This document shows, piece after piece, positions 10,898 through 18,897 of a DNA stretch of 64,000 bases. The stretch comes from Candidatus Nanopelagicales bacterium. GTDB taxonomy: Bacteria > Actinomycetota > Actinomycetes > S36-B12. Numbering within the stretch: position 1 is the first letter of the stretch; every line of letters starts with the position of its first letter. Both the position numbers and the translations under genes were made by a program. The notes beneath the pieces are model-generated. The model was not told the origin of the DNA and searched no databases. It worked only from the letters and a program-made list of their open reading frames with translations. The DNA lies in the NCBI GenBank assembly GCA_040398845.1, contig JBBATH010000001.1, positions 367,578 through 431,577 on the forward strand, read 5' to 3'.

Positions 10898-11626
10898 GTG
10901 GCCGTTGATGCAAGGTCCAACCCAGAACGCGCTGCAGAGATCGCCGCGAGTCTGAGCGAGGTCAGGGCGCGTATCGACAAGGCTTGTTTGGCTGCAGATC
11001 GGCCGCCAGACAGCGTCAAGCTCGTCGTTGTGACGAAGACTTTTCCCGCTTCCGACGTGAGTATTCTTCGGCGCCTGGGTTGCGGAGAAGTCGCCGAAAA
11101 CAAGGATCAGGAAGCCCGAGGGAAGGTAGCCGAACTCTCAGATGCCACGCCCGCCTTGTGCTGGCACATGATCGGACAGGTTCAGCGCAATAAGGCGCGG
11201 TCGGTATCGACCTGGGCCGATGTTGTCGAGTCCGTTGATCGGCTATCACTCGCCGAGGCGCTCTCTGCAGGTGCTGTCGCGGCGAATCGAACGATAGAGA
11301 TCCTCCTTCAAGTCTCCTTGGATCCTGATGATGCTGGCGGCAGGGGTGGCGTGCGCCCAAAGGAGGTGCCAGATCTTGCCACGAGGGCAGCGGCACTTCC
11401 AGGCTTGGCGCTGCGAGGGATTATGGGAATCGCACCCTTTCCTGGAGACCCCGATGTAGCCTTCGGCCTCCTTGAATCGGTGGCCAGGCATTTGCGAACC
11501 GTGGTTCCCGAAGCGGATAGGATTTCGGCGGGAATGAGCGGTGATCTCGAGGCAGCCATCCGGCACGGGGCGACACACGTACGAATCGGCGGAGCGATAC
11601 TCGGGAAACGCGCAATTGTCAGGTAG
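10898..11626 (+). CDS. yggS: YggS-family pyridoxal-phosphate homeostasis protein
   Basis: Motifs VKLVVVTKTFP, WHMIGQVQRNK and AGMSGDLEAAIRHGATHVRIG. GTG 10898 is preceded by gaggtggggagg. The ORF-track start is 10859. Confidence 0.85.
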   Translation: MAVDARSNPERAAEIAASLSEVRARIDKACLAADRPPDSVKLVVVTKTFPASDVSILRRLGCGEVAENKDQEARGKVAELSDATPALCWHMIGQVQRNKARSVSTWADVVESVDRLSLAEALSAGAVAANRTIEILLQVSLDPDDAGGRGGVRPKEVPDLATRAAALPGLALRGIMGIAPFPGDPDVAFGLLESVARHLRTVVPEADRISAGMSGDLEAAIRHGATHVRIGGAILGKRAIVR

Positions 11627-11629
11627 ATT
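11624..11629 (+). promoter_or_regulatory. Candidate -10 hexamer TAGATT upstream of sepF
   Basis: TANNNT match about 60 nt upstream of the sepF ATG. sepF also has an SD (gaaggatgg). Confidence 0.2.
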
Positions 11630-11688
11630 CAGGCACCACCGGGATTTTCACGGAGAGTATTCCCACCCCCGAAGAAGGATGGCGGTTC

Positions 11689-12270
11689 ATGGCTGGCGCG
11701 ATGCGCAAGATGGGCGTCTATCTGGGCCTGGTTGGGGATGACGTCTTCGAGGAGGATTACGAGGAATACGAGCACATCCGTCGCGATGTTCGCGGCCGTG
11801 ATCCGCGGGCCGGGGAACGATTGGGTTCGGGGGATCGCGACGATGACCGACTCGATGAGCGATACGAGAGTCGGGGGGTTCGCACCCTTTCCGACACCCG
11901 CGCGGTACGAACATTCCGCCAAGAGGCAATCCCCGATCGACGTCAGACCGGGGCGCCGCTCACCGACTGGCGGCCGGTTGCCAGCGCCGAGATCACCCGT
12001 ATTGAGACCGTTCACCCGCGCAGTTACAATGATGCACGACGGATCGGCGAGGAATATCGCGAGGGCGTGCCGGTCATCATGAACCTATCTGAACTCGATG
12101 ACTCCGATGCCAAGCGAATCGTCGATTTTGCCGCCGGTCTGGTCTTCGGTTTGCGTGGTTCGATCGAGCGGGTGACGAACAAGGTGTTCCTCCTATCCCC
12201 GCCGAATGTCGATGTTGGTGACGAGGCTCGCGCTCAGATCGCCCAAGATCCGTTCTACAACCAAAGCTGA
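11689..12270 (+). CDS. sepF: Cell division protein SepF
   Basis: N-terminal MAGAMRKMGVYLGLV helix and C-terminal core YNDARRIGE...PVIMNL...DAKRIVDFAAG. Confidence 0.9.
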   Translation: MAGAMRKMGVYLGLVGDDVFEEDYEEYEHIRRDVRGRDPRAGERLGSGDRDDDRLDERYESRGVRTLSDTRAVRTFRQEAIPDRRQTGAPLTDWRPVASAEITRIETVHPRSYNDARRIGEEYREGVPVIMNLSELDDSDAKRIVDFAAGLVFGLRGSIERVTNKVFLLSPPNVDVGDEARAQIAQDPFYNQS

Positions 12271-12554
12271 TGAGTGCCGTAGGCGAGATTCTCGCTACCA
12301 TCCTGTGGCTTTACTGGCTGGTCTTCATTGGACGTCTCATCTTCGACTTCGTCCAGGTGTTTGCCCGATCGTGGCGGCCGTCAGGAATCCTCCTGCTCAT
12401 CGCGGAGGGGATCTACACGGTCACCGACCCACCGCTGCGCCTGCTGCGCCGCGTTATTCCGCCATTACGCATCGGTGGGATGCAGTTTGACCTCGCATTC
12501 TTAATCGTGCTCATCGGACTCCAGATTCTCATCAGCGTGGCGATGAATCTCTGA
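12270..12554 (+). CDS. yggT: YggT-family membrane protein
   Basis: 94 aa with two hydrophobic segments. Start overlaps the sepF stop (TGATG). Conserved sepF-yggT-divIVA order. Confidence 0.8.
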   Translation: MSAVGEILATILWLYWLVFIGRLIFDFVQVFARSWRPSGILLLIAEGIYTVTDPPLRLLRRVIPPLRIGGMQFDLAFLIVLIGLQILISVAMNL

Positions 12555-12588
12555 TGCAAGGCAGTTCGCCCGTTGCTGGCTCCCAACC

Positions 12589-13620
12589 GTGACCCTTACA
12601 CCGGCCGATGTTCGAGCCGTCGCGTTTCGTGCCACCCGCCTGCGGGCGGGCTACGACATGGACGAGGTCGACGAGTTCCTTGACTCCGTTCAGGAGACGG
12701 TAGGACATCTCGAGGTTGACGTTGCGCGACACCGCGAGGCGGAGTCTGTGCTGCTCGTACGTTGCGAGCAACTCCAAGCACGCATTGCCTTCCTCGAGCA
12801 GCAGCATCGTGGCTCCAATTCCCGGGATCGCGGTGAACAATCGGCAGCCCAGCTTCGAGGGCAGTCGGAGACGGAGGGAGCGCTCGCTGCTCGATGCGAG
12901 GCGCTGACGTCGCGCGTGCACTCCCTCGAGGGCGAACTGGCGGCCGCGACGCGGGCAGCAAACCAGCTTGCTGTTGCAAGCGATATCGCCTCGCGCAACA
13001 CGCAGGTCCTCTCGGCGCGCACTGGCGAGGTTGAGTCAGCACTCTCCGCTCGCTGCGAGGCTCTGCAGGCGCGCTTGTCGTTGCTGGAATCGGAGCTGGC
13101 AGCGGCGAACCGTGCCTCACAGGATCACGCGGCTCGTCGTGCGGCAGTGGAGGAGCTTGCCGCGAGCCAGAAGGCCGCGATCGACCAAGCGGCCAGCAGT
13201 GCACACGCTCAGTCTGAGCGATCCCGTGAGGTGGAGTCAGCACTGACGGGCCGATGTGAGGCGCTCCAGGCTCACGTGCTGCTGCTCGAGGAGCAGTTGG
13301 CCACCGCGAACCGGACCCTAGAACTGTCTGCGGCCGCTGAGCGTACGGCCGCCGAACGAGCGTCGGTTGAGCTCGCGGCGGCAGGCGCACAGGCGCAGGT
13401 CGAGCGTGCTCGTGAGGTGGAGCTGGCACTGATGGCGCGCTGTGAGGCCCTGCAGGAGCGAATCGAAATGCTCGAGCGATCTTCCACCTCCGTCGGTGAA
13501 CCTGCCGAGTTGCTCGGTGCCGCACAGGCGACCGCGGCGGAACTTGTCAGGGCTGCAACGGAGTATGCGGCGGCAATCAAGTCGTCAGCGGTCGCTGCTC
13601 CTCGAGATGAGGAGCAGTAG
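12589..13620 (+). CDS. divIVA: DivIVA/Wag31-family polar scaffold protein with a repeated coiled-coil body
   Basis: N-terminal DivIVA domain MTLTPADVRAVAF...GYDMDEVDEFLD, followed by Ala/Glu/Leu/Arg-rich coiled coil. Terminal dcw-cluster position. Confidence 0.85.
   Translation: MTLTPADVRAVAFRATRLRAGYDMDEVDEFLDSVQETVGHLEVDVARHREAESVLLVRCEQLQARIAFLEQQHRGSNSRDRGEQSAAQLRGQSETEGALAARCEALTSRVHSLEGELAAATRAANQLAVASDIASRNTQVLSARTGEVESALSARCEALQARLSLLESELAAANRASQDHAARRAAVEELAASQKAAIDQAASSAHAQSERSREVESALTGRCEALQAHVLLLEEQLATANRTLELSAAAERTAAERASVELAAAGAQAQVERAREVELALMARCEALQERIEMLERSSTSVGEPAELLGAAQATAAELVRAATEYAAAIKSSAVAAPRDEEQ
12742..13476 (+). repeat. Five in-frame copies of a coiled-coil module E-x-x-L-x-x-R-C-E-x-L-x-x-R-(I/V/L)-x-x-L-E inside divIVA
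   Basis: Copies: ESVLLVRCEQLQARIAFLE, EGALAARCEALTSRVHSLE, ESALSARCEALQARLSLLE, ESALTGRCEALQAHVLLLE, ELALMARCEALQERIEMLE. The Cys residues fall at positions 59, 103, 156, 223 and 285. Confidence 0.85.
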
Positions 13621-16600
13621 CTCGGTTTCCGGCACGCTCACGGTGATCGCACCTGCTCGGGCATGCTCGATACCCTCGTCGAAGGCGGTAGCGAGGACCT
13701 CGCTGGCGATGAGATCGGCGTGCTCCTCGAGGGTGAGAACGATCGAGACATCGTCGCTTGCCCACCAGACGGTGATCCGGTCTGACACGTCGAAGCCTGA
13801 TTGCTTGCGGGCCTCCTGAATCGCGCGAACAATTTCGCGGGCGGTGCCAGCGCGCTGGAGCTCGTCGGTGATGTGCAAGTCGAGGGCAAAACTATCGCCT
13901 CCCTCCGCGGCGACCGCCCATCCCTCGCGAGGGGTCTCGGTGATGACGAGGTCGGCCTCGGAAATCTCGACGTCGCCGACACCAGCAACATTCAGGCTGA
14001 CCGAACCTTCGAGGCGGATGTGCGAGAGCAGGCCGACGGGATCTGCGCTGGTGATGGCCTCCGCCACGAGCGGAGTCTGCTTGCCGAAGCGTTGACCCAG
14101 GGCCCGAAAATTCGCCTTTATGGCCGTATCGACGAAAGCGGCCGTGTCGTCAGCGAGGGCCTCGATGACGCCGACATTCAGCTCCTCGCGGACCTCAGCG
14201 CGCAGCTCATCGGAGAGGCGACTCCAGCCGCTCGCAGAGACGAGTGCCCGACCAAGGGGCTGCCTGGTTCGTACGCCGCTCGTGGCACGTGCCGCGCGAC
14301 CGAGCTCGACGACCCTGCGGACGAGCGCCATGTTCTCGGCTAGCGCCGAATCCCTTACGTTCTCGGCGTGCGCCGGATGTGGTAGCGCCTCAGCAGACTT
14401 CGGCCAGGCAGCGAGGTGGACAGAGGTCGGTGCTGCTGGGTCGGTGGCCCGGAAAAGGTCCTGCCAGACCCGCTCGGCGATGAACGGGGTGAACGGCGCC
14501 ATGCACAGGGTCGTGATGCGTAGGGCCTCATGCAACGTCGAGAGTGCGGCCGGGTCACCATCCCAGAAACGTCGGCGGGACCGTCGGACGTACCAGTTCG
14601 ACAGGTCGTCGATGAAGGTGGACAGCAGGCGGCCGGCGCGCTGGGTATCAAAGGCGTCGAGGGCGATATCGACCTCATGGGCAAGTTCGCGTGCCTGAGC
14701 GATGAGCCAGCGGTCAATAACCGGACGGTCGGCGATGGCCGGAGCGGGATGCGAGGGCTCCCAGTCGGCGAGCCGCGCGTACATCGATTGGAAGGAGACA
14801 GTGTTCCAGTAGGTGAGGAGGGTTTTGCGGACGACGTCCCCGATCGCCGCATGGCCGACCCGTCTTGCCTGCCATGGGGAGCCGCTGGCCAGCATGAACC
14901 AGCGGACGGCGTCCGCGCCATGATCGTTCATGAGGCCGATCGGTTCGAGCACATTCCCGATGTGCTTGCTCATCTTGCGCCCATCCTCATCGAGGATATG
15001 CCCGAGGCACAGCACATTTCGGTATGAGGTGCGGTCGAAGACGAGTGTTCCAATGGCCATCAGCGTGTAGAACCAGCCTCGGGTCTGGTCGATGGCCTCG
15101 CAGATGAAGTCTGCTGGGTATTGGTCCGCGAACGTGCCGGCATCGACATGGGGGTAGCCGACGGCCGCGAATGGCATGGCGCCGGAGTCGTACCAGCAGT
15201 CGATGACCTCAGGCACTCGGGTGGCGGTTGCTCCGCAGGTCTGGCAGGGGATGGTGATGTCGTCGACATACGGCCGATGGGGATCGGTACCCGTGACGTC
15301 GACGCCCCCGAGAGTGCTGAGCTCGGCCAGTGATTCGACCACGGTGAGGTGGTTGTCAGGGCAGCGCCAAATCGGCAATGGCGTTCCCCAGAATCGGTTT
15401 CGGGAGAGCGCCCAGTCGACGTTGTTGTTCAGCCAGTCACCGAAGCGTCCGGACTTTATGGTCCCGGGAAACCAGTTCGTGAGCTCGTTCTGCTCGATCA
15501 ACTGATCCTTGATCGCGGTCGTCCTGATGTACCACGAGGGCTGTGCGTAGTAGATGAGCGGTGTATGACAGCGCCAGCAGTGCGGGTAGGAGTGCTCGTA
15601 CTCGACATGCTTGAACAGGCGACCGCTCTCGCGGAGCAGGGCGACGAGAGTGTCGTCGGCCTTCTTGAAGAACATGCCACCCACGATCGGGATGTCATCG
15701 GCGAAGGTTCCGTTCGGGAGCACTGGATTGACTACCGGCAGTCCGTAGCTTCGGCAAGAGGCGAGGTCATCGGCCCCAAACGCAGGGGCTTGATGGACAA
15801 GCCCGGTGCCATCGTCGGTGGTGACGTAGTCAGCGAGGATCACGTAGTGGGAATCGGGGATGTCGATGAGATCAAAGGGGCGCTCGTAGGACACGCGCTC
15901 GAGTGCGGAGCCGAGTTCCCTGCCGAGCTCCTCAACATCCTCGCCGAGGAGTTGACCGACAAGCGACGATGCGACAACGAGGGTCTGCCCGTCCCCAGTG
16001 CGAACAATTGAGTAGTCAGCGGCTGGATTGACGGCGATCGCGGTGTTCGAGACGAGGGTCCACGGGGTGGTGGTCCATACGAGGAGCATCGAATCGGGGA
16101 ATCGCTCGAGCAAAGCGGCGTCGGTGACGGGGAACCGGACATAGACGGAAGGATCGACGACGTTCTCGTACCCCTGGGCCAGCTCATGGTCTGAAAGGCC
16201 GGTGCCACAGCGTGGGCAGTACGGAGCGACGCGGTGGTCCTGAACGAGGAGGCCCTTGTTGTAGATCTGCTTGAGCGACCACCACACGCTCTGGATGTAG
16301 TCGGCGTCCATGGTCCAGTAGGCGCGGTCGAAGTCGACCCAGTAGCCCATTCGACGACTCATGTCAGTGAACTCGTGAACGTGGCGGAGTACTGACTCGC
16401 GGCAACGATCATTGAATGCGGCAACGCCGTACCGCTCGATGTCCTGTTTACCCGAGAATCCGAGTTCTTTCTCTACCGCGAGTTCCACCGGTAGGCCATG
16501 GCAGTCCCAGCCGGCCTGCCGAGGTACGTGAAACCCCTTCATCGTCCGATAGCGGGGGAATACGTCCTTGAAGACGCGAGCTTCGACGTGGTGGGTCCCA

Positions 16601-16761
16601 GGCATGCCGTTCGCGGTGGGCGGACCCTCGTAGAACACCCACGATGGCCGGCCCTTGCTCTGCTCGACGGACGCCTCGAAGACGCCTTCCGAATCCCACA
16701 TCGCGAGGACCTCGTGCTCCATCGCCGGTAGGTCGATCTGCGCAGGCACAGCGCGATACAT
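13585..16761 (-). CDS. ileS: Isoleucine--tRNA ligase
   Basis: HIGH region PTANGMPGTHHV and KMSKS region RKMSKHIGN. ATG 16761 (MYRAVPAQIDLP) is preceded by GAAGGGAG. The ORF-track start at 16785 adds 8 aa. Confidence 0.95.
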   Translation of the reverse strand: MYRAVPAQIDLPAMEHEVLAMWDSEGVFEASVEQSKGRPSWVFYEGPPTANGMPGTHHVEARVFKDVFPRYRTMKGFHVPRQAGWDCHGLPVELAVEKELGFSGKQDIERYGVAAFNDRCRESVLRHVHEFTDMSRRMGYWVDFDRAYWTMDADYIQSVWWSLKQIYNKGLLVQDHRVAPYCPRCGTGLSDHELAQGYENVVDPSVYVRFPVTDAALLERFPDSMLLVWTTTPWTLVSNTAIAVNPAADYSIVRTGDGQTLVVASSLVGQLLGEDVEELGRELGSALERVSYERPFDLIDIPDSHYVILADYVTTDDGTGLVHQAPAFGADDLASCRSYGLPVVNPVLPNGTFADDIPIVGGMFFKKADDTLVALLRESGRLFKHVEYEHSYPHCWRCHTPLIYYAQPSWYIRTTAIKDQLIEQNELTNWFPGTIKSGRFGDWLNNNVDWALSRNRFWGTPLPIWRCPDNHLTVVESLAELSTLGGVDVTGTDPHRPYVDDITIPCQTCGATATRVPEVIDCWYDSGAMPFAAVGYPHVDAGTFADQYPADFICEAIDQTRGWFYTLMAIGTLVFDRTSYRNVLCLGHILDEDGRKMSKHIGNVLEPIGLMNDHGADAVRWFMLASGSPWQARRVGHAAIGDVVRKTLLTYWNTVSFQSMYARLADWEPSHPAPAIADRPVIDRWLIAQARELAHEVDIALDAFDTQRAGRLLSTFIDDLSNWYVRRSRRRFWDGDPAALSTLHEALRITTLCMAPFTPFIAERVWQDLFRATDPAAPTSVHLAAWPKSAEALPHPAHAENVRDSALAENMALVRRVVELGRAARATSGVRTRQPLGRALVSASGWSRLSDELRAEVREELNVGVIEALADDTAAFVDTAIKANFRALGQRFGKQTPLVAEAITSADPVGLLSHIRLEGSVSLNVAGVGDVEISEADLVITETPREGWAVAAEGGDSFALDLHITDELQRAGTAREIVRAIQEARKQSGFDVSDRITVWWASDDVSIVLTLEEHADLIASEVLATAFDEGIEHARAGAITVSVPETELLLLISRSSDR
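13595..13617. terminator. Perfect 9-bp-stem hairpin (ctgctcctc-gagat-gaggagcag) inside the overlapping 3' coding ends of divIVA and ileS; candidate bidirectional terminator
   Basis: The inverted repeat was read directly from the sequence. It lies within the 36-nt divIVA/ileS overlap (13585-13620). There is no U-tract. Confidence 0.4.
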
Positions 16762-16890
16762 GGGACTCCCTTCGAGAGCAGGCATGCCAGGGCCCGCGAG
16801 ATATGAAGGATCCCGCGAGACTCGAAGGATACTGCCAAGGAGGCAGAAGACTTGATCGGCGCGTCAGCGTGCGTTTGGGCCCTTCCTCGT

Positions 16891-16896
16891 CTAACA
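16891..16896 (+). promoter_or_regulatory. Candidate -10 hexamer TAACAT for the dksA-like gene
   Basis: TANNNT match about 34 nt upstream of ATG 16930, in the divergent ileS/dksA-like intergenic region. Confidence 0.2.
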
Positions 16897-16929
16897 TCCT
16901 GCAACTAAGGTGTGACGTCTGGGGGTTTC

Positions 16930-17388
16930 ATGGCGGTCAAGAAGGTTTCGCCGGCGAAGAAGGCTGTGCCGGTCAAGAAGGTTGCGCCTGAAAAGAAGAG
17001 TCGGCCGACGGTCCGCCCTGACGAGTCGGCGTGGACTGCGTCGGAACTGCGCGAGATCGAACGTGAGTTGCGGGAGGATGCCAGTCGACTTGCTGGCGAA
17101 CTCGTCGCGGCGGAGGCGGGTCTCGCGGACCTCATCAGGGATTCGGGCGACGGCGCGGGCGACGATCAGGCCGATGCGGGGAGCAAAACATTCGAGCGCG
17201 AGCACGAGATGTCCCTCGCGAACAATGCCCGAGACATGCTGCAACAGGTCGAGCACGCACTTGGGCGCCTTGCCAACGGCACCTATGGCGCCTGCGAGAC
17301 ATGCGCTACACCCATTGGCAAGGGCAGGCTCCAGGCCTTTCCACGGGCCACACTGTGCCTGTCGTGCAAGCAGGCTGAGGAGCGCTGA
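16930..17388 (+). CDS. TraR/DksA-family C4 zinc-finger protein with a Lys-rich N-terminal tail
   Basis: C-terminal CETCATPIGKGRLQAFPRATLCLSCK. ATG 16930 is preceded by GGGGG. The ORF-track start is GTG 16912. Confidence 0.8.
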   Translation: MAVKKVSPAKKAVPVKKVAPEKKSRPTVRPDESAWTASELREIERELREDASRLAGELVAAEAGLADLIRDSGDGAGDDQADAGSKTFEREHEMSLANNARDMLQQVEHALGRLANGTYGACETCATPIGKGRLQAFPRATLCLSCKQAEER

Positions 17389-17421
17389 TCTCGATAGGCG
17401 AGGCGGAACTCTTCGCGGCGT

Positions 17422-17427
17422 TAGGCT
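17422..17427 (+). promoter_or_regulatory. Candidate -10 hexamer TAGGCT placed 6 nt before the lspA GTG (leaderless architecture)
   Basis: The sequence is gTTAGGCTagggctGTG, with no SD. The same motif occurs at dnaE. Confidence 0.35.
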
Positions 17428-17433
17428 AGGGCT

Positions 17434-17946
17434 GTGACCTCTAGACGTACCTGCATCATCGTGCTCGCTGCGGTGGCCGCATGCGTCGTCATCTTGGACC
17501 GATTGACGAAAGCGTGGGCCGTTGAGGTCATGATGCCGAGGGTCCAGGCTGGCGGTGAAGGCCCCATCAACGTCATTGGAACCTTCGTGCGATTTACCTA
17601 TACCGAGAACACCGGTGCGGCCTTCAGCCTCGGAACCGGCTACACGTGGATCTTCTCGATCATCGCGATCGTGGTGGCCTTCGTCATCATTCGCACCGCC
17701 CGGCAACTCGGGTCAATCGGCTGGGCGGTCGCCTTCGGCGGGCTCCTCGGCGGGCTCCTCGGTAATCTCCTCGATCGCATCACCCGTCCACCGAGCCCGG
17801 GCATGGGATCCGTCGTCGATTTCATCGCCTTCCCGAATTTCCCGGTCTTCAACGTCGCAGACATGGCCATCGTCGGCTCGGCAGCGCTCATGGTCTTCCT
17901 CAGCATCCGCGGAATCGAGATCAAGGGTCGCGCGGCGACTGCATGA
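17434..17946 (+). CDS. lspA: Lipoprotein signal peptidase II
   Basis: Four TM segments with motifs NTGAAFS, NLLDR and VVDFI...FNVADMAI. Confidence 0.9.
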   Translation: MTSRRTCIIVLAAVAACVVILDRLTKAWAVEVMMPRVQAGGEGPINVIGTFVRFTYTENTGAAFSLGTGYTWIFSIIAIVVAFVIIRTARQLGSIGWAVAFGGLLGGLLGNLLDRITRPPSPGMGSVVDFIAFPNFPVFNVADMAIVGSAALMVFLSIRGIEIKGRAATA

Positions 17947-18875
17947 CCGAGCGACTCCTGCCGGTCCCTGAAGGCCTCGAGGGCGAGCGCATCGACATCG
18001 CACTCACCCGGATGCTCGGCCTGTCGAGGACGAAAACGGCCGAGTTCCTTGATGGCGGCGGCGTTCTCGTCGATGGCCGGGTTGTCAATAAGGGCCAGCG
18101 CCTCGTCGCCGGCCAACTCATCACGGTGAATATGTCAGCGCTCGACCGGCCATCGACGGCTGTGCTCGTCGCCCAGCCGATCCCCGGGATGGCGATCCTG
18201 TTTGATGATGATGATGTTGTCGTTGTCGACAAGCCTGTCGGCGTAGCGGCGCATCCGAGCGAGGGGTTTGAGGGCCCGACCGTGGTCGGCGGGCTGGCTG
18301 CCGCCGGATACCGGATCTCGTCCTCGGGTGCCGAGGAGCGGCAGGGCATCGTGCACCGCCTCGATGTCGGAACGACGGGAGTGATGGCGGTAGCGAAAAG
18401 CGAGCGGGCCTACACCTCGCTCAAGCGTCAGTTCAAGGAGCGCACGGTCGACAAGGACTACCACGCGGTGGTCCAAGGACTTCTTGATCCGCTGCGGGGC
18501 ACTATTGATGCGCCGATCGACCGGCACCCTTCGCGTGATTACCGCTTTGCTGTGGTGGCTGGGGGCAAGGACAGCGTCACCCACTACGAGACTCTCGAGG
18601 CCTTTGCCCATGGCTCGCTTGTCGAGGTACACCTAGAGACCGGCCGGACCCACCAAATTCGTGTGCACGTCTCCGCGATGCGGCACCCGTGCGTTGGCGA
18701 CATCACGTACGGAGCCGATCCGACCCTCTCGAAGAAACTCGGTCTTGAGCGACAGTGGCTCCATGCACTGCGGCTCGGCTTCGATCATCCGGCGACGGGC
18801 GAGCGCGTGATAGTGACGAGTGAATATCCGCAGGATTTGGCGATTGCTCTGGAGCGCCTGCGAGAGGGCGCCTGA
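17943..18875 (+). CDS. rluD: RluA/RluD-family 23S rRNA pseudouridine synthase
   Basis: S4-like N-terminus and catalytic motif [16 protein letters not shown], plus GRTHQIRVH. 4-nt overlap with lspA. Confidence 0.85.
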   Translation: MTERLLPVPEGLEGERIDIALTRMLGLSRTKTAEFLDGGGVLVDGRVVNKGQRLVAGQLITVNMSALDRPSTAVLVAQPIPGMAILFDDDDVVVVDKPVGVAAHPSEGFEGPTVVGGLAAAGYRISSSGAEERQGIVHRLDVGTTGVMAVAKSERAYTSLKRQFKERTVDKDYHAVVQGLLDPLRGTIDAPIDRHPSRDYRFAVVAGGKDSVTHYETLEAFAHGSLVEVHLETGRTHQIRVHVSAMRHPCVGDITYGADPTLSKKLGLERQWLHALRLGFDHPATGERVIVTSEYPQDLAIALERLREGA

Positions 18876-18885
18876 TTCAGAAAGT

Positions 18886-18891
18886 TAGGGT
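18886..18891 (+). promoter_or_regulatory. Candidate -10 hexamer TAGGGT placed 6 nt before the dnaE ATG (leaderless architecture)
   Basis: The sequence is gTTAGGGTagggctATG. The rluD-dnaE gap is only 22 nt and there is no SD. Confidence 0.35.
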
Positions 18892-18897
18892 AGGGCT

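Noticed and set aside
16786-16911. Canonical T-box riboswitch upstream of ileS
   Set aside because: This was expected from the literature on Actinobacteria. However, the conserved T-box core (GGUGGUACCGCG-like) and a clear stem I/specifier architecture could not be found by eye. It is kept only as a low-confidence finding that needs a covariance-model scan.
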